Virus record (IMG/VR): IMGVR_UViG_3300018915_000003
DNA from: an uncultured virus (IMG/VR IMGVR_UViG_3300018915_000003)
Lineage: Duplodnaviria > Heunggongvirae > Uroviricota > Caudoviricetes
Length of the DNA: 57,928 bases
Reading direction: 5' to 3' (one strand)
The translations under genes and the position numbers were made by a program. This document shows positions 1 through 9,155 of the stretch, piece by piece; within the stretch, counting starts at the first letter, position 1, and each line of letters starts with the position of its first letter. The notes under the pieces were generated by a model that had not been told where the DNA came from, ran no database searches, and was given only the letters and a program-made list of their open reading frames with translations.

Positions 1-17
1 AGCCTTTGATAATGATA

Positions 18-50
18 AAAAGAGAAAAGAGTGAGGGAAATAACTCCCTT
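18..50 (-). terminator. Hairpin plus pyrimidine/T tract after the major capsid gene
   Basis: Minus strand reads AAGGGAGTTATTTCCCTC followed by ACTCTTTTCTCTTTT, just past the stop at 69. Confidence 0.55.
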
Positions 51-68
51 GGGTTTTGTTTCTTATGC

Positions 69-1379
69 TTATGGGTTGATTCCGGTTAGGTTATAGACTC
101 GGCTTGGGTCTGCGATGATGCAACGATTCCAATCTCTGGTGATGTATCCGTCAGCGCCACGACCTTCTTGTCTATATGTTCCAGTTCTTACTGGGCCTTG
201 TCCAAAGATAACCGCCCTTCTGTCGAAGACAGTCACAACGTCGTCGCTCTTGAGGTTGTCAAGTGCCCATGTCATGCCTGGCATTGTTGGGGGGTTCTGG
301 ATGAGTTTGGTTCCAGTTGTGACGTTAGCTGCTGGAGCGGTCAATCCTGCTATCTTGCCGTTCGATAGGAACTTGCGGAAGACAGATGAGTGACTTGCTA
401 CAACGTCAGCTTCGCCCTGGTTCTCGTTGATGAGGTCTATAAGGACACCTAGTTCAGCGCTTGGGTCAGTTGCATAGTGGAATCCACCAGTGTCAATTGC
501 ACCCCAGTCAGAACCTGGTTCCTGTGGAGCTGCTTCGAGAGCGATTGCGATCTTTAGGTTGTGCGTTCTGCGGAACTCATTTTGTGCGTGCTGAATGTGC
601 TCAGCCATCAAATCTCTATCCGAGCGGTAAATTGCCTCGTCCGTGATAAGCACGTGTGCGACGTCTTTGCCCATCAAGTACTCTTGTCTGACATAGCGAC
701 CTTTCTGTGGGAGTGGCTCAACGCCTTCAGGGACGTCTCTGCTGATTCCGAATCCTGACCAGCTATCGATAGATAGTGATAGTCCCGGAGTCTGAGCACG
801 AGATACGACCTGCTCTAGTGAGTAGACACGTGTGTCTCTTCCCATTGTCTCGGCCAATATTTGGACAAGGTGGATTGTTGGGTTGTCGTCTGAGGTGATT
901 GTACCTGCTGCGGCTGTCTTGATGTTGCTTCCAATGAAGTCGCCCTCTCTGCTGACCTTAAGGATGCGTTCTGCTTCCTTTCTGTATTCAGGCATCCAGG
1001 GGTCTCTGTGCATTGCCAAAGCGTCGGTTGTCGAGCCAGTCTTGAGAGCTTGTTTTTGCTTTCTGTAGATGCTGACATCGTATACCTTGTTTGCTCTGAT
1101 GAATGCTGGAGGTCTGTTTATTCCGCGTTCGTTGGTGTAGATGCCATCAGTCTCTGGGTCATACCACACACCGCTGCCATAGAAGTTGTTGTACCTTCTG
1201 ACCTTGTCTTCAACAAGGGCATCGAGGTTACCTTCGAAGGTAGCGTATGGGTTTACACCCTGAGCTATGCCCCCAACGTATGATCTCTGGGGGTTGGCCA
1301 TCATGTGTTGCTGTGCGCTCGCTGTGAAAAACCGCATATTCGCATATGGGTTGTCGTTAGTGATATTGTTCTGCGACAT
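69..1379 (-). CDS. Probable major capsid protein (HK97-fold)
   Basis: 436 aa; last gene of a protease-decoration-capsid trio; segments such as 'RDVPEGVEP..QKGRY', 'DLMAEHIQHAQNEFRRTHNLKIAIAL' and the C-terminal 'YITRDWNRCIIADP' fit the HK97 layout. Confidence 0.7.
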   Translation of the reverse strand: MSQNNITNDNPYANMRFFTASAQQHMMANPQRSYVGGIAQGVNPYATFEGNLDALVEDKVRRYNNFYGSGVWYDPETDGIYTNERGINRPPAFIRANKVYDVSIYRKQKQALKTGSTTDALAMHRDPWMPEYRKEAERILKVSREGDFIGSNIKTAAAGTITSDDNPTIHLVQILAETMGRDTRVYSLEQVVSRAQTPGLSLSIDSWSGFGISRDVPEGVEPLPQKGRYVRQEYLMGKDVAHVLITDEAIYRSDRDLMAEHIQHAQNEFRRTHNLKIAIALEAAPQEPGSDWGAIDTGGFHYATDPSAELGVLIDLINENQGEADVVASHSSVFRKFLSNGKIAGLTAPAANVTTGTKLIQNPPTMPGMTWALDNLKSDDVVTVFDRRAVIFGQGPVRTGTYRQEGRGADGYITRDWNRCIIADPSRVYNLTGINP

Positions 1380-1380
1380 C

Positions 1381-1848
1381 TTATGAACTCACTCCGAATC
1401 CCAAGTCCATGATAACTACGGTGCCTATTGGTACTGTAACCGGTGCACCTGTGCCATCTCTTGTGTTTGACAGTCCTACACCCATGTAGTTGCCTATTGA
1501 ACCTGCTGCGTCTGGGTCGCCTTCTGCTACCTGTCCCGCTACTGTTGCGGAAGGTATGACTTTCCTGTTGCGCCTCATGACGGTTGAGGATACGACTGTT
1601 ACTGGGCCTTTGACTACAAGTTCGAGGTCTGCTTGGTCATCTGTTGCTGCTTTGACTGTGACTGCGAATTTGCCTGGTACTGCTGCTCCTGCTGGTGCGA
1701 TGACATAGAAGCCTGTGCCATCATCAAACCTTACAAGGCTGCCTTTTGGTATTGCTGTTCCTGGGCCAGTTGCCTTGAATCCTTTTTCGTTCTTGGATTC
1801 TGGGAACCATGTACCCGCGTAATCAGCTGTGTAAACTGGTGCCGGCAT
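1381..1848 (-). CDS. Capsid decoration/cement protein
   Basis: 155 aa, G/A/V/T-rich beta protein ('AIPKGSLVRFD', 'VVKGPVTV'); sits between protease and capsid genes. Confidence 0.6.
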   Translation of the reverse strand: MPAPVYTADYAGTWFPESKNEKGFKATGPGTAIPKGSLVRFDDGTGFYVIAPAGAAVPGKFAVTVKAATDDQADLELVVKGPVTVVSSTVMRRNRKVIPSATVAGQVAEGDPDAAGSIGNYMGVGLSNTRDGTGAPVTVPIGTVVIMDLGFGVSS

Positions 1849-1849
1849 T

Positions 1850-3856
1850 TTATAGCTCTACCCCCTTGTCTCCCAACAGTTCCAGGGCTGCCCGGATACC
1901 GAATGGGATCTTCTCTTCCTCTGAATTGTGTGGAGCTGCGACGCTTGCCTTGACCAATTTGCCGCTCTGGTAGTTGCCAGATCCGCCAAATGGCATGACT
2001 GCGACTTGCTCGTTATCAAATTCAGTGGAGGCTTTCGGAACACTGGTACCTGCTGTGATATTGCCGAACTCATCCACATTTGCAGAGGCTGATCCACCTT
2101 GCTCTTGTGCTGATATTGCGGCTTTGTTAAGAGGCTCAAAGTCTTTCATTATTTGCTGTATTGTTCTGGATGAAGCTGCTAGGTTTCTTGCTTGCTCGTC
2201 CTTTTCTTCTGGTGTCAGACCCTTGAAAACCGGGGCTGATGCAATGAAGTTCGCAATTTGTGTGAATCTTTCTCTGCGCTTCAATTGCTTAGACCAGCTA
2301 TCTAGGCTGGCGAGCTTTTGTGTGTGAACTTTGTCGAGCGCCTCAAGTGATGCGATCCTAGTCTGGCTGTCGCTTAGTTCTTGCTGAACTGATGCCACCT
2401 GTTGTTTGTAGCGGTTCTTTTCAGCAATCAAGCTTGCCAACTTTGATCTTTCAATTGTGACTAAGTTACCATTAGGAGCCACTGGAGCACTTGCGCTTTT
2501 TGCTGGCTTGGTTGTTGTAGTGGTGCTCTTAGTTGTGTTGATTTCTCTTTTCTGTATTGGAATGTTTCTTTCACCACTATTCTGGTTACCGGAGGTCGTA
2601 GCATTGTTGTTATCTGGTGAATTGATCTCGTTGATCTCTTCCACAGATTCGCTGTCGAGCGGTGCTGTGGCGCGTGTGCGCTCAGTTGTGACCTGCTCTA
2701 CAGTTTGCTGTAGACCTTGGTTAGCATGTTGTGGTGCTTCGTTCTGCTGTTGTAGTGTTGCACTACTCAAATTAGTATCTGAACTTGAATTGGATGATTT
2801 TTCTACGTGAGAACTAATGTTCGAAGCATTGTTTATCAGAGGTTTAACGTGGACATGTTCGGGTTTTCCTGGCTCTCCGACCCAGTATTTTGTCGGATTG
2901 GCTATAGTACCATCGAATGCTACTGGGACTTTAACCTCGACCCGCTTAGTTCTCAGTGCATGAGCTGGTGAACCTGGCTCCTTTCCTTCTTTGTCCATCT
3001 GCATCAATGCTTGATAGGTGCAGAAGCCGCATCCCTTCTCTTCGCCTCCAGCTTTCTCTATTGAAGCTTTTCTCAATCTTAGAAGACAGGCTTCTTTATC
3101 GCCTGAGCACTCACCTTTTACGAATGCTTTAGTGGCTCCAAAGGCTGGCTGTGAGACCATGGCAATGTGGACAAATACCCATGAGGACAGGTTTTGAGAT
3201 TGTTGCGGTTGGTCACGTGTCATAATAGCGGGTGAGAGGAAGAATGGAATCTCTGGGTTCTCGTATAATGCCTTCTTTACTCCAGGGTTGGCAACTTCGA
3301 CTATACCCCACCATGCACCTTTGACATCCTTGACTAAGTCGATGATAGTTCCAATTCTAAAGATGTCCTGCATCTCGTAGGTGTGCTCTAGGTTGCTGTC
3401 ATCCATCGGAGGGTGGTCGAATAGTCCTGGCCTCCTATAGGGTGAGTCTCTCTCCAGTCCTGTGTTCTTGTATAGGACTAAGGGCTTGCCTATTGCTGTC
3501 TTGATGTTGTCATCGATGGTTGCAGTGCTTACTCCCCAGTTGTTCTGGTTGATTGATGCGTCAATCAGGAAGACTTTGAGATAAAGATGGTTGCCTGACT
3601 TGCTGCGTCCTAGTATTCTTACTGTATCTTTCTGGGTTGGTATGGCTGCGACCGATATGGGTTCGACGTGAGTGATGAACTGACTTCGCTCGTTGTTGGA
3701 GTTGTTATTGTTGTTTGTATTCGTGGTGGACTTGGAGCCTGGAAGATATCCCTGCTCGAATGCACCGCACACATTGGCAGCAGTTTCCTCATCACCATAC
3801 TGCTCCATCATGGCGGACATACATTCATCCCAGTCTGAAAAAGGGCCTAATGGCAA
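1850..3856 (-). CDS. Prohead protease-scaffold fusion
   Basis: 668 aa, TTG start; N-terminal globular domain ('INQNNWGV', 'IGKPLV', 'LSPAI', 'HIAMVSQPAFG'), then low-complexity linker and coiled coil; upstream of decoration and capsid genes. Confidence 0.7.
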   Translation of the reverse strand: MPLGPFSDWDECMSAMMEQYGDEETAANVCGAFEQGYLPGSKSTTNTNNNNNSNNERSQFITHVEPISVAAIPTQKDTVRILGRSKSGNHLYLKVFLIDASINQNNWGVSTATIDDNIKTAIGKPLVLYKNTGLERDSPYRRPGLFDHPPMDDSNLEHTYEMQDIFRIGTIIDLVKDVKGAWWGIVEVANPGVKKALYENPEIPFFLSPAIMTRDQPQQSQNLSSWVFVHIAMVSQPAFGATKAFVKGECSGDKEACLLRLRKASIEKAGGEEKGCGFCTYQALMQMDKEGKEPGSPAHALRTKRVEVKVPVAFDGTIANPTKYWVGEPGKPEHVHVKPLINNASNISSHVEKSSNSSSDTNLSSATLQQQNEAPQHANQGLQQTVEQVTTERTRATAPLDSESVEEINEINSPDNNNATTSGNQNSGERNIPIQKREINTTKSTTTTTKPAKSASAPVAPNGNLVTIERSKLASLIAEKNRYKQQVASVQQELSDSQTRIASLEALDKVHTQKLASLDSWSKQLKRRERFTQIANFIASAPVFKGLTPEEKDEQARNLAASSRTIQQIMKDFEPLNKAAISAQEQGGSASANVDEFGNITAGTSVPKASTEFDNEQVAVMPFGGSGNYQSGKLVKASVAAPHNSEEEKIPFGIRAALELLGDKGVEL

Positions 3857-3892
3857 ATTATATTATCAAGGACTAACTACTCAAAATCTAAA

Positions 3893-4273
3893 GTGAGAAC
3901 TAACGACAAAACTAAGACGGCTAAACAAAAACAAAAGGAGCAGGGTATGAACTGGATGTTCTTTTGCCCCTTCTGCAAACAGGGACATATGACCAGAGAC
4001 TTATTCGCACGAGAATATGATAGTGTAGGTTATGGTAGAGTGGTATCTATGCGCAACATCGAGATAGAATGCAGATCATGTGGAACTGTATCATTCACGA
4101 GGGTGTTTGTGCCTGCTATGAAGTTCTGGAAGAGCGAACGACACCGACGTGGTGAGTATACTAGAGAGGAGCTAAAGCAATTCTTCGGTTACAGCGATGA
4201 ACAGATAGATAAAAGAGAAGCGGCAATTAAGAAGGAAAGAATGAAAATCAAAAAGAAAAAAGGAAAAAAGTAG
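3893..4273 (+). CDS. Zn-ribbon protein with basic tail (true start probably the ATG near 3947)
   Basis: CPFC...CRSC motifs and K-rich C-terminus. Confidence 0.6.
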   Translation: MRTNDKTKTAKQKQKEQGMNWMFFCPFCKQGHMTRDLFAREYDSVGYGRVVSMRNIEIECRSCGTVSFTRVFVPAMKFWKSERHRRGEYTREELKQFFGYSDEQIDKREAAIKKERMKIKKKKGKK

Positions 4274-4310
4274 TCGTTCGGTTTTTGCTGCTACTATCGC
4301 CGTTAAGCTG

Positions 4311-4484
4311 TTAATGCGCCCTTCTTGCTATGTATAGGATTAACCAGATGATCAAGGCTACTACGATGACAACTATGACTATTTTTATAATCACGTCGAC
4401 AACGAATAGACCTGCTCCAAAGATTATCGCTATTATAGCCAGTGCGACTATTGCTAGTGCGACCAGTATAAGAGTAGAGGTCAT
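4311..4484 (-). CDS. Small two-helix membrane protein (57 aa, not in ORF track)
   Basis: Manual translation: MTSTLILVALAIVALAIIAIIFGAGLFVVDVIIKIVIVVIVVALIIWLILYIARRAH. Confidence 0.7.
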   Translation of the reverse strand: MTSTLILVALAIVALAIIAIIFGAGLFVVDVIIKIVIVVIVVALIIWLILYIARRAH

Positions 4485-4523
4485 TTGTTTGTGTAATCTC
4501 TACCTACATTACCCCTATTACTA

Positions 4524-5165
4524 CTATTCGTTATCGTTGTCGGCGAACTCTCGGCAGGCTTCCCTTGCTGTTGCCCTGTCGACGTCATCCTCTTCCATCA
4601 CTCGCTCTATACACTCGCCCATAGTCTCACCCTGTTGGCGCTGTGCTTGCTTTACTGAAGCTTCCTCTGCAGCGGCTCCACCTGCACATGTTTCTCTTGC
4701 TGTTTCTTCATCTACGTCTTCCTCTTCCATTATACGAGCGATACAATCTTCTGTTGATTCTCCTGGTTGACGCTGTGCTTGCTTGATGACTAGCGAATCT
4801 AGTTCAGTTCTATTTAGTGCCTCTTCTTCCACGGCGTTTATTGAACCAGTCAGGTCGCCTGATACTCGGTCTCTGTCACCCATGTATTCTGAACCCATAT
4901 CAGTCTCTAGGTCTTCAATGACCTCTTCAGCTGATGCGGTTGGGAAATCTATAACCTTCGGACTAACTATCTCAGTTGATACTTCATGCAGTGCAGCTTC
5001 TTCTGCTCCGTCCTCTTCAGCTTCTGCCATCTCTTCGCAGATGCCTCGTGCTGTTTCCTCATCTACATCCTCTTCTTCCATGGTTGTAGCGATACATTCT
5101 TCTAGGGTATCAAAGGGCCCTTGTGCTTGTTTGATGTTGTTCTTTGAACTATTATTACTCTTCAT
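4524..5165 (-). CDS. Acidic protein with three Cys-pair helical repeats
   Basis: Three copies of roughly 'E-C-I-x3-MEE(E/D)DVD-x2-TAR-x2-C'; start taken at MKSNN. Confidence 0.7.
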   Translation of the reverse strand: MKSNNSSKNNIKQAQGPFDTLEECIATTMEEEDVDEETARGICEEMAEAEEDGAEEAALHEVSTEIVSPKVIDFPTASAEEVIEDLETDMGSEYMGDRDRVSGDLTGSINAVEEEALNRTELDSLVIKQAQRQPGESTEDCIARIMEEEDVDEETARETCAGGAAAEEASVKQAQRQQGETMGECIERVMEEDDVDRATAREACREFADNDNE

Positions 5166-5236
5166 TTTATTACTATCTAAGCACATGAGTGCCCAAATAT
5201 TAAATGTAAACTATCACCACTCTACTAGTGGCTATC

Positions 5237-6280
5237 CTAGTATGCTTGTTTGAAGTCTACCCTATGAAGGTGGAAATCGTGGTTGGATGCGTTCCTGTTG
5301 GTGAGCTGAATGACAGGATACATCAACGTTGCAGCTGGTGGTAAGTTGGTTGCATATGTCTGAGGCCCGAAGTGAAGCGTGTTACCTACAGGGTTTCTGA
5401 TTGTAACTGTTACCTGCTGACCTGAGTTTGTGAACTGTATCTCTATCTCTCTGAGAGCGGTACCTCTACCTGCTCCACCTGCTGACTCATAGGTAGGTTG
5501 TGAGCCCACTGATGTGGTGCCAGCGTTGCGGAATACCATAAAGCTTGTGTCGGGGGTATGTCTATAACCCACCATGACGGCAGACTGAGATGATAATATG
5601 ACCTCCTGGTCTGGTGTGATGCTCTCGTCTGAGGAGAAGCCTACCAGGAGCTGATGGTTGCCGCCTGTGGTAGGAGTTCGGAACTTGACCCTCATCCATG
5701 GGTCGAAGCTTGGTCTCACAAAGGCTGTGCCAGTTGGGTACCTTATACCCACGTTGGTGTTGACTGTTGTGCTAGTGGAATAAATCCAGTGATGACCATA
5801 AGGGGCGTCAGCTATGTTGGATGATGGCGGCCCTGCTGGATTCATGTCGATAAAGCCAGCTAAGACGCCTTCTGCTGCGAAGCCACCCTTTGCTGCTCTT
5901 GGGGCTTGTATCCTGCCCGATACACCGCCGCCTTCAATATCTAGGAAGGTGTTCTCGGTTCCAGAGAATGTCTTGCCCTTTACCCTTTGAGGCGCATCTC
6001 TTAGTAGTACCTCATCAGTAGTGTTCTGAGGCGGGAATGTGTAGAGAACGCTTGCGGTTATTGCACCCGCTGCCAAGTTGACGGATGCATTATTGGCTTG
6101 ATTCATCAACCATAGACGTCTGTATCCGAAGGCTGTGTCACAATTAATCTTGGGGGTAGCAACATTAGGCACGCCGTTGATAATGTCTGCTATACGGTCG
6201 TAGTCGTCTCCGCCTACTTCCTTAGCTCCTCCCCCATCCTGATTACGGACGGTCTTTAACGGCGATGTGTTAACGCTCAT
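5237..6280 (-). CDS. Virion fibre/receptor-binding-like protein, paralog of 9156..10346
   Basis: G/T/N-rich; N-terminal 'DDYDRIADIING...AITASVLYTFP' aligns with 'DDFDMVNGLLTG...AITADRNVTLP'; C-terminal beta-sandwich-like region. Confidence 0.55.
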   Translation of the reverse strand: MSVNTSPLKTVRNQDGGGAKEVGGDDYDRIADIINGVPNVATPKINCDTAFGYRRLWLMNQANNASVNLAAGAITASVLYTFPPQNTTDEVLLRDAPQRVKGKTFSGTENTFLDIEGGGVSGRIQAPRAAKGGFAAEGVLAGFIDMNPAGPPSSNIADAPYGHHWIYSTSTTVNTNVGIRYPTGTAFVRPSFDPWMRVKFRTPTTGGNHQLLVGFSSDESITPDQEVILSSQSAVMVGYRHTPDTSFMVFRNAGTTSVGSQPTYESAGGAGRGTALREIEIQFTNSGQQVTVTIRNPVGNTLHFGPQTYATNLPPAATLMYPVIQLTNRNASNHDFHLHRVDFKQAY

Positions 6281-6285
6281 TTAGC

Positions 6286-6810
6286 TTAACTCGTCTCGCC
6301 TCTAACTCTAACGCCATACTGATTCGTGTCGTATGCTGCAGCACCTGATTGCAATATCTTCCTGACCCAGAAAGCCTTTCTATGTCCTGGAGCTATAGTT
6401 CCCAACGCCAGTCCTGTCTCGTACGATGTGGGGTGTGAGAATGCAACACCGTGGTTCTGTGGGTTTCCAGTCGGATGCAGGTCGGTTGAGTAGAATGTTT
6501 CCGAACCTGTACCCGCTGCAGTAGTTCCCAGCCCGATGTCTACCTCATCATGAGGTGAGAGAGTGGGGAGACTAATCCAGATAATTGCATTTGATAATGT
6601 GATGGTGGCATGGGCATTAAGCACATACAGACATCTGTAGCGTGTCGAGCCGTCCCTTGACTCCAGACCCGGCACGTTTGGCCAGACGTTGTTTAAGATG
6701 CCGCCAGGTACCTCGTAGTTCGACATACCCCCGCCAGTTGATAGGCTGGGATTGTTGTTGGTAGTTCCGCCAGAATAGCGGTATATAATATCGTTTTCTG
6801 TAATTGGTAT
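6286..6810 (-). CDS. Virion structural protein, paralog of the C-terminal domain of 6896..9121; ATA start inferred
   Basis: 'YRCLYVLN', 'LALGTIAPG..KAFWVRK' match 'YRCFYAVN', 'IKLGNLPPNG.RAVWIER'; homology continues 28 codons upstream of the listed ATG. Confidence 0.7.
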   Translation of the reverse strand: MPITENDIIYRYSGGTTNNNPSLSTGGGMSNYEVPGGILNNVWPNVPGLESRDGSTRYRCLYVLNAHATITLSNAIIWISLPTLSPHDEVDIGLGTTAAGTGSETFYSTDLHPTGNPQNHGVAFSHPTSYETGLALGTIAPGHRKAFWVRKILQSGAAAYDTNQYGVRVRGETS

Positions 6811-6895
6811 AGTTCAATTCACCTATTTTTTAAGTGACTGTGATTGCCCTTGTCTGATAAATAGAAACTAAGAAAAATCTCAGGGCTTAATTAAA

Positions 6896-9121
6896 TTAGT
6901 CGTGGTCGCTGTAGAAGGCCGACCTTAACCTGTATTTGTTTCCGATATATTCGCCTACTTTTGGAGGTACCCTTCTCTCTATCCAGACAGCCCTGTATCC
7001 TCCATTAGGTGGTAGGTTGCCGAGTTTGATTCCTGTGTCGAAGTTTGACGGCTCTAAGAATGTGACTCCTGAGGGCGCTGTATACTCATCCGCTATGGCA
7101 GATTCTGCCGTGTTGACACCCACTGCACCCACGCCTATTCTGATGTGGTCGGGGCCTGGGGTATTCTGTTCTATCCATATCCTGACATCGTTCATGGATT
7201 TCGCTGTGTTATTGTTGACTGCATAGAAGCATCTGTAGTTATACACTGTGACAGAGCCAGAAGTCTCGGCGAATGTTACATCATCGAATAATCTCTTGTA
7301 AACGGTAGAGTTTCCGCCCGGTACCCACTCAGCCCCATACCAATCAGAGTTTGGTGCAAAGTCATCAGGGTGGAAGTCGCCAGGGGTGGTTGTACCACTA
7401 TCTACTACCTCACTTTTAGGCCCTCCAAGGGACAGGTTCGGGTCTGAATTCGAGGTACCTCCAGAGAATTTATAGAGTAAGTCAGCGGGAGATATCAGTC
7501 TGGAGTTGGCCACGGTGGCATAGACCGACTCGGTGATGCCTACAGTATCGACGTCGGTCGGCACCAACATCTGGGTGTTTATGAGTACGCTTACCGACTC
7601 GGTGATGCCGACGCTCTCAGCTACTGAATGGCCTATTCCCCTCTGCGCTGTTACGGTCTCCCTGATGCCTACAGGTTCCGTGGCTACAGTATGCTGGACT
7701 GTCTTGCCTACATAGACCGACTCGGTGATGCCTACAGGCTCAGGTACAGAGAATCTAACGTCTCTCCTGTTTGCTACGGTCTCAGTGATGTCTACAGTAT
7801 CGGTTGGGGGAGTGACCTGATGAAGTGAGCCCAGATTATCTCCTGCGGTGACATAGAGGAGTTGTCTGGCAGTAGCATCGATTAATGTCCAGTTGAGTGT
7901 GAAGCCTGAGTTGGTATTGAATGATGCGACGTCGGCTTCTGATGATATTACCACGGCCGCGGAGTTTCCCTGTGCAGTCCTCATGAGTTGGGTTGTGGAG
8001 CGGCCTCTGTATGAGTTGTTTATTGTGTTGGCGTCATCATCTCTGCCGAAGGTAGACCATTCCGATGTTGCAGAGTCAGCTGCTCCAAATGTGTAGTGCT
8101 GGCTGTTGACTACGTTGGTTGAAGCATTACTGCCGTGACCAAAGGCCAGAATGCCTCTGGGTGTGTGTGCTGTCGGAGTGGTATAAGCCTGGGTAAATGG
8201 GGTTGTTCCTGTTGTTGGTTGGGTGAGTGAGGAGACGTTCCAGGAACCGCCCTTAATAGCAAGATAGAATACTGGGTTGGATGTCGTTGGGGCGTTGATA
8301 ACGTTGATTGTAAAGCCACCTGTGCCTGCTGTAGTCGTGCCTACATACTCAGCCTCTGCATCCAGTGATGCGAGTGAGCCAGAGGTTATTGCTGCGCCTG
8401 GGGTAAAGAATGCGATACATCTGTTTGTGACTTGGTATCTGCCAGAATCGACTGCGTCAATCTTGGCATCAACTGAGGAGTGAGCCATAACCGCCTCATT
8501 GTTTGCGTCCTTTGCTGCTCCAAAGAACCAGCTCATATGATCAGCAGATGAACCTACAGCTGTGGGGGCAGGCGTGTTGGCTCCCATAAAGAATACGATA
8601 TCAGGGACAAAGCCCACATCTGTGACTGACTGGTTGCCTGTGGTGGTGTTGAGGTTAAAGGAGCCAGCCTTTACGTTGGTTATGTCTGTGCCACCTATGG
8701 CCATATAATAGACGTCATAGGTCGAGGAATCGTTGTTATCGTAGGTGAATGTGACTCCACCCGTTGAGCCATTCCAGTCGTATGAGGCGACCTTCATGAA
8801 TGGTGGGGTAGCAGTAGAAGCGGAACCTCCACATAATACATAGTCATTTCTGGCACGTCGGAATGTATTGGTGGCATTGACAGAGCTTATGGTTGTGGTC
8901 TTGTTGTCTGCACCCCATCCTATCGAGACGTTCTGACCTATTGCTCCAGCGAAGCCTATAGATGGACGCTGGATTGTAGTTGGTGAGGAGTTAGAACCTA
9001 TAGCTGTGACTATGAGTGCTTTAGGTTGAAAATTGAGGCCAGTGATGTGTTGAAGGGTGAAAGGAAACCCAGTTGTAGCTGTGCTCCTAGCAAATGTTCC
9101 GGCCTTGACTCCAGTTGGCAT
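6896..9121 (-). CDS. Tail/fibre-like structural protein with VGITE repeats
   Basis: 741 aa; repeated 'TGLNFQPKALI'/'DVGFVPDIVFF'/'AHTPRGIL' beta modules, about 5 V(G/D)ITE repeats and a C-terminal domain shared with 6286..6810. Confidence 0.6.
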   Translation of the reverse strand: MPTGVKAGTFARSTATTGFPFTLQHITGLNFQPKALIVTAIGSNSSPTTIQRPSIGFAGAIGQNVSIGWGADNKTTTISSVNATNTFRRARNDYVLCGGSASTATPPFMKVASYDWNGSTGGVTFTYDNNDSSTYDVYYMAIGGTDITNVKAGSFNLNTTTGNQSVTDVGFVPDIVFFMGANTPAPTAVGSSADHMSWFFGAAKDANNEAVMAHSSVDAKIDAVDSGRYQVTNRCIAFFTPGAAITSGSLASLDAEAEYVGTTTAGTGGFTINVINAPTTSNPVFYLAIKGGSWNVSSLTQPTTGTTPFTQAYTTPTAHTPRGILAFGHGSNASTNVVNSQHYTFGAADSATSEWSTFGRDDDANTINNSYRGRSTTQLMRTAQGNSAAVVISSEADVASFNTNSGFTLNWTLIDATARQLLYVTAGDNLGSLHQVTPPTDTVDITETVANRRDVRFSVPEPVGITESVYVGKTVQHTVATEPVGIRETVTAQRGIGHSVAESVGITESVSVLINTQMLVPTDVDTVGITESVYATVANSRLISPADLLYKFSGGTSNSDPNLSLGGPKSEVVDSGTTTPGDFHPDDFAPNSDWYGAEWVPGGNSTVYKRLFDDVTFAETSGSVTVYNYRCFYAVNNNTAKSMNDVRIWIEQNTPGPDHIRIGVGAVGVNTAESAIADEYTAPSGVTFLEPSNFDTGIKLGNLPPNGGYRAVWIERRVPPKVGEYIGNKYRLRSAFYSDHD

Positions 9122-9155
9122 TGGTCAATACTACCTTCTCTACTACCTAGTACTC

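Noticed and set aside
3895..3908. Link between the GAGAAC promoter-like motif and the array repeat GAGAACC
   Set aside because: Only 6 nt are shared, on the non-coding strand of those genes; coincidence cannot be excluded
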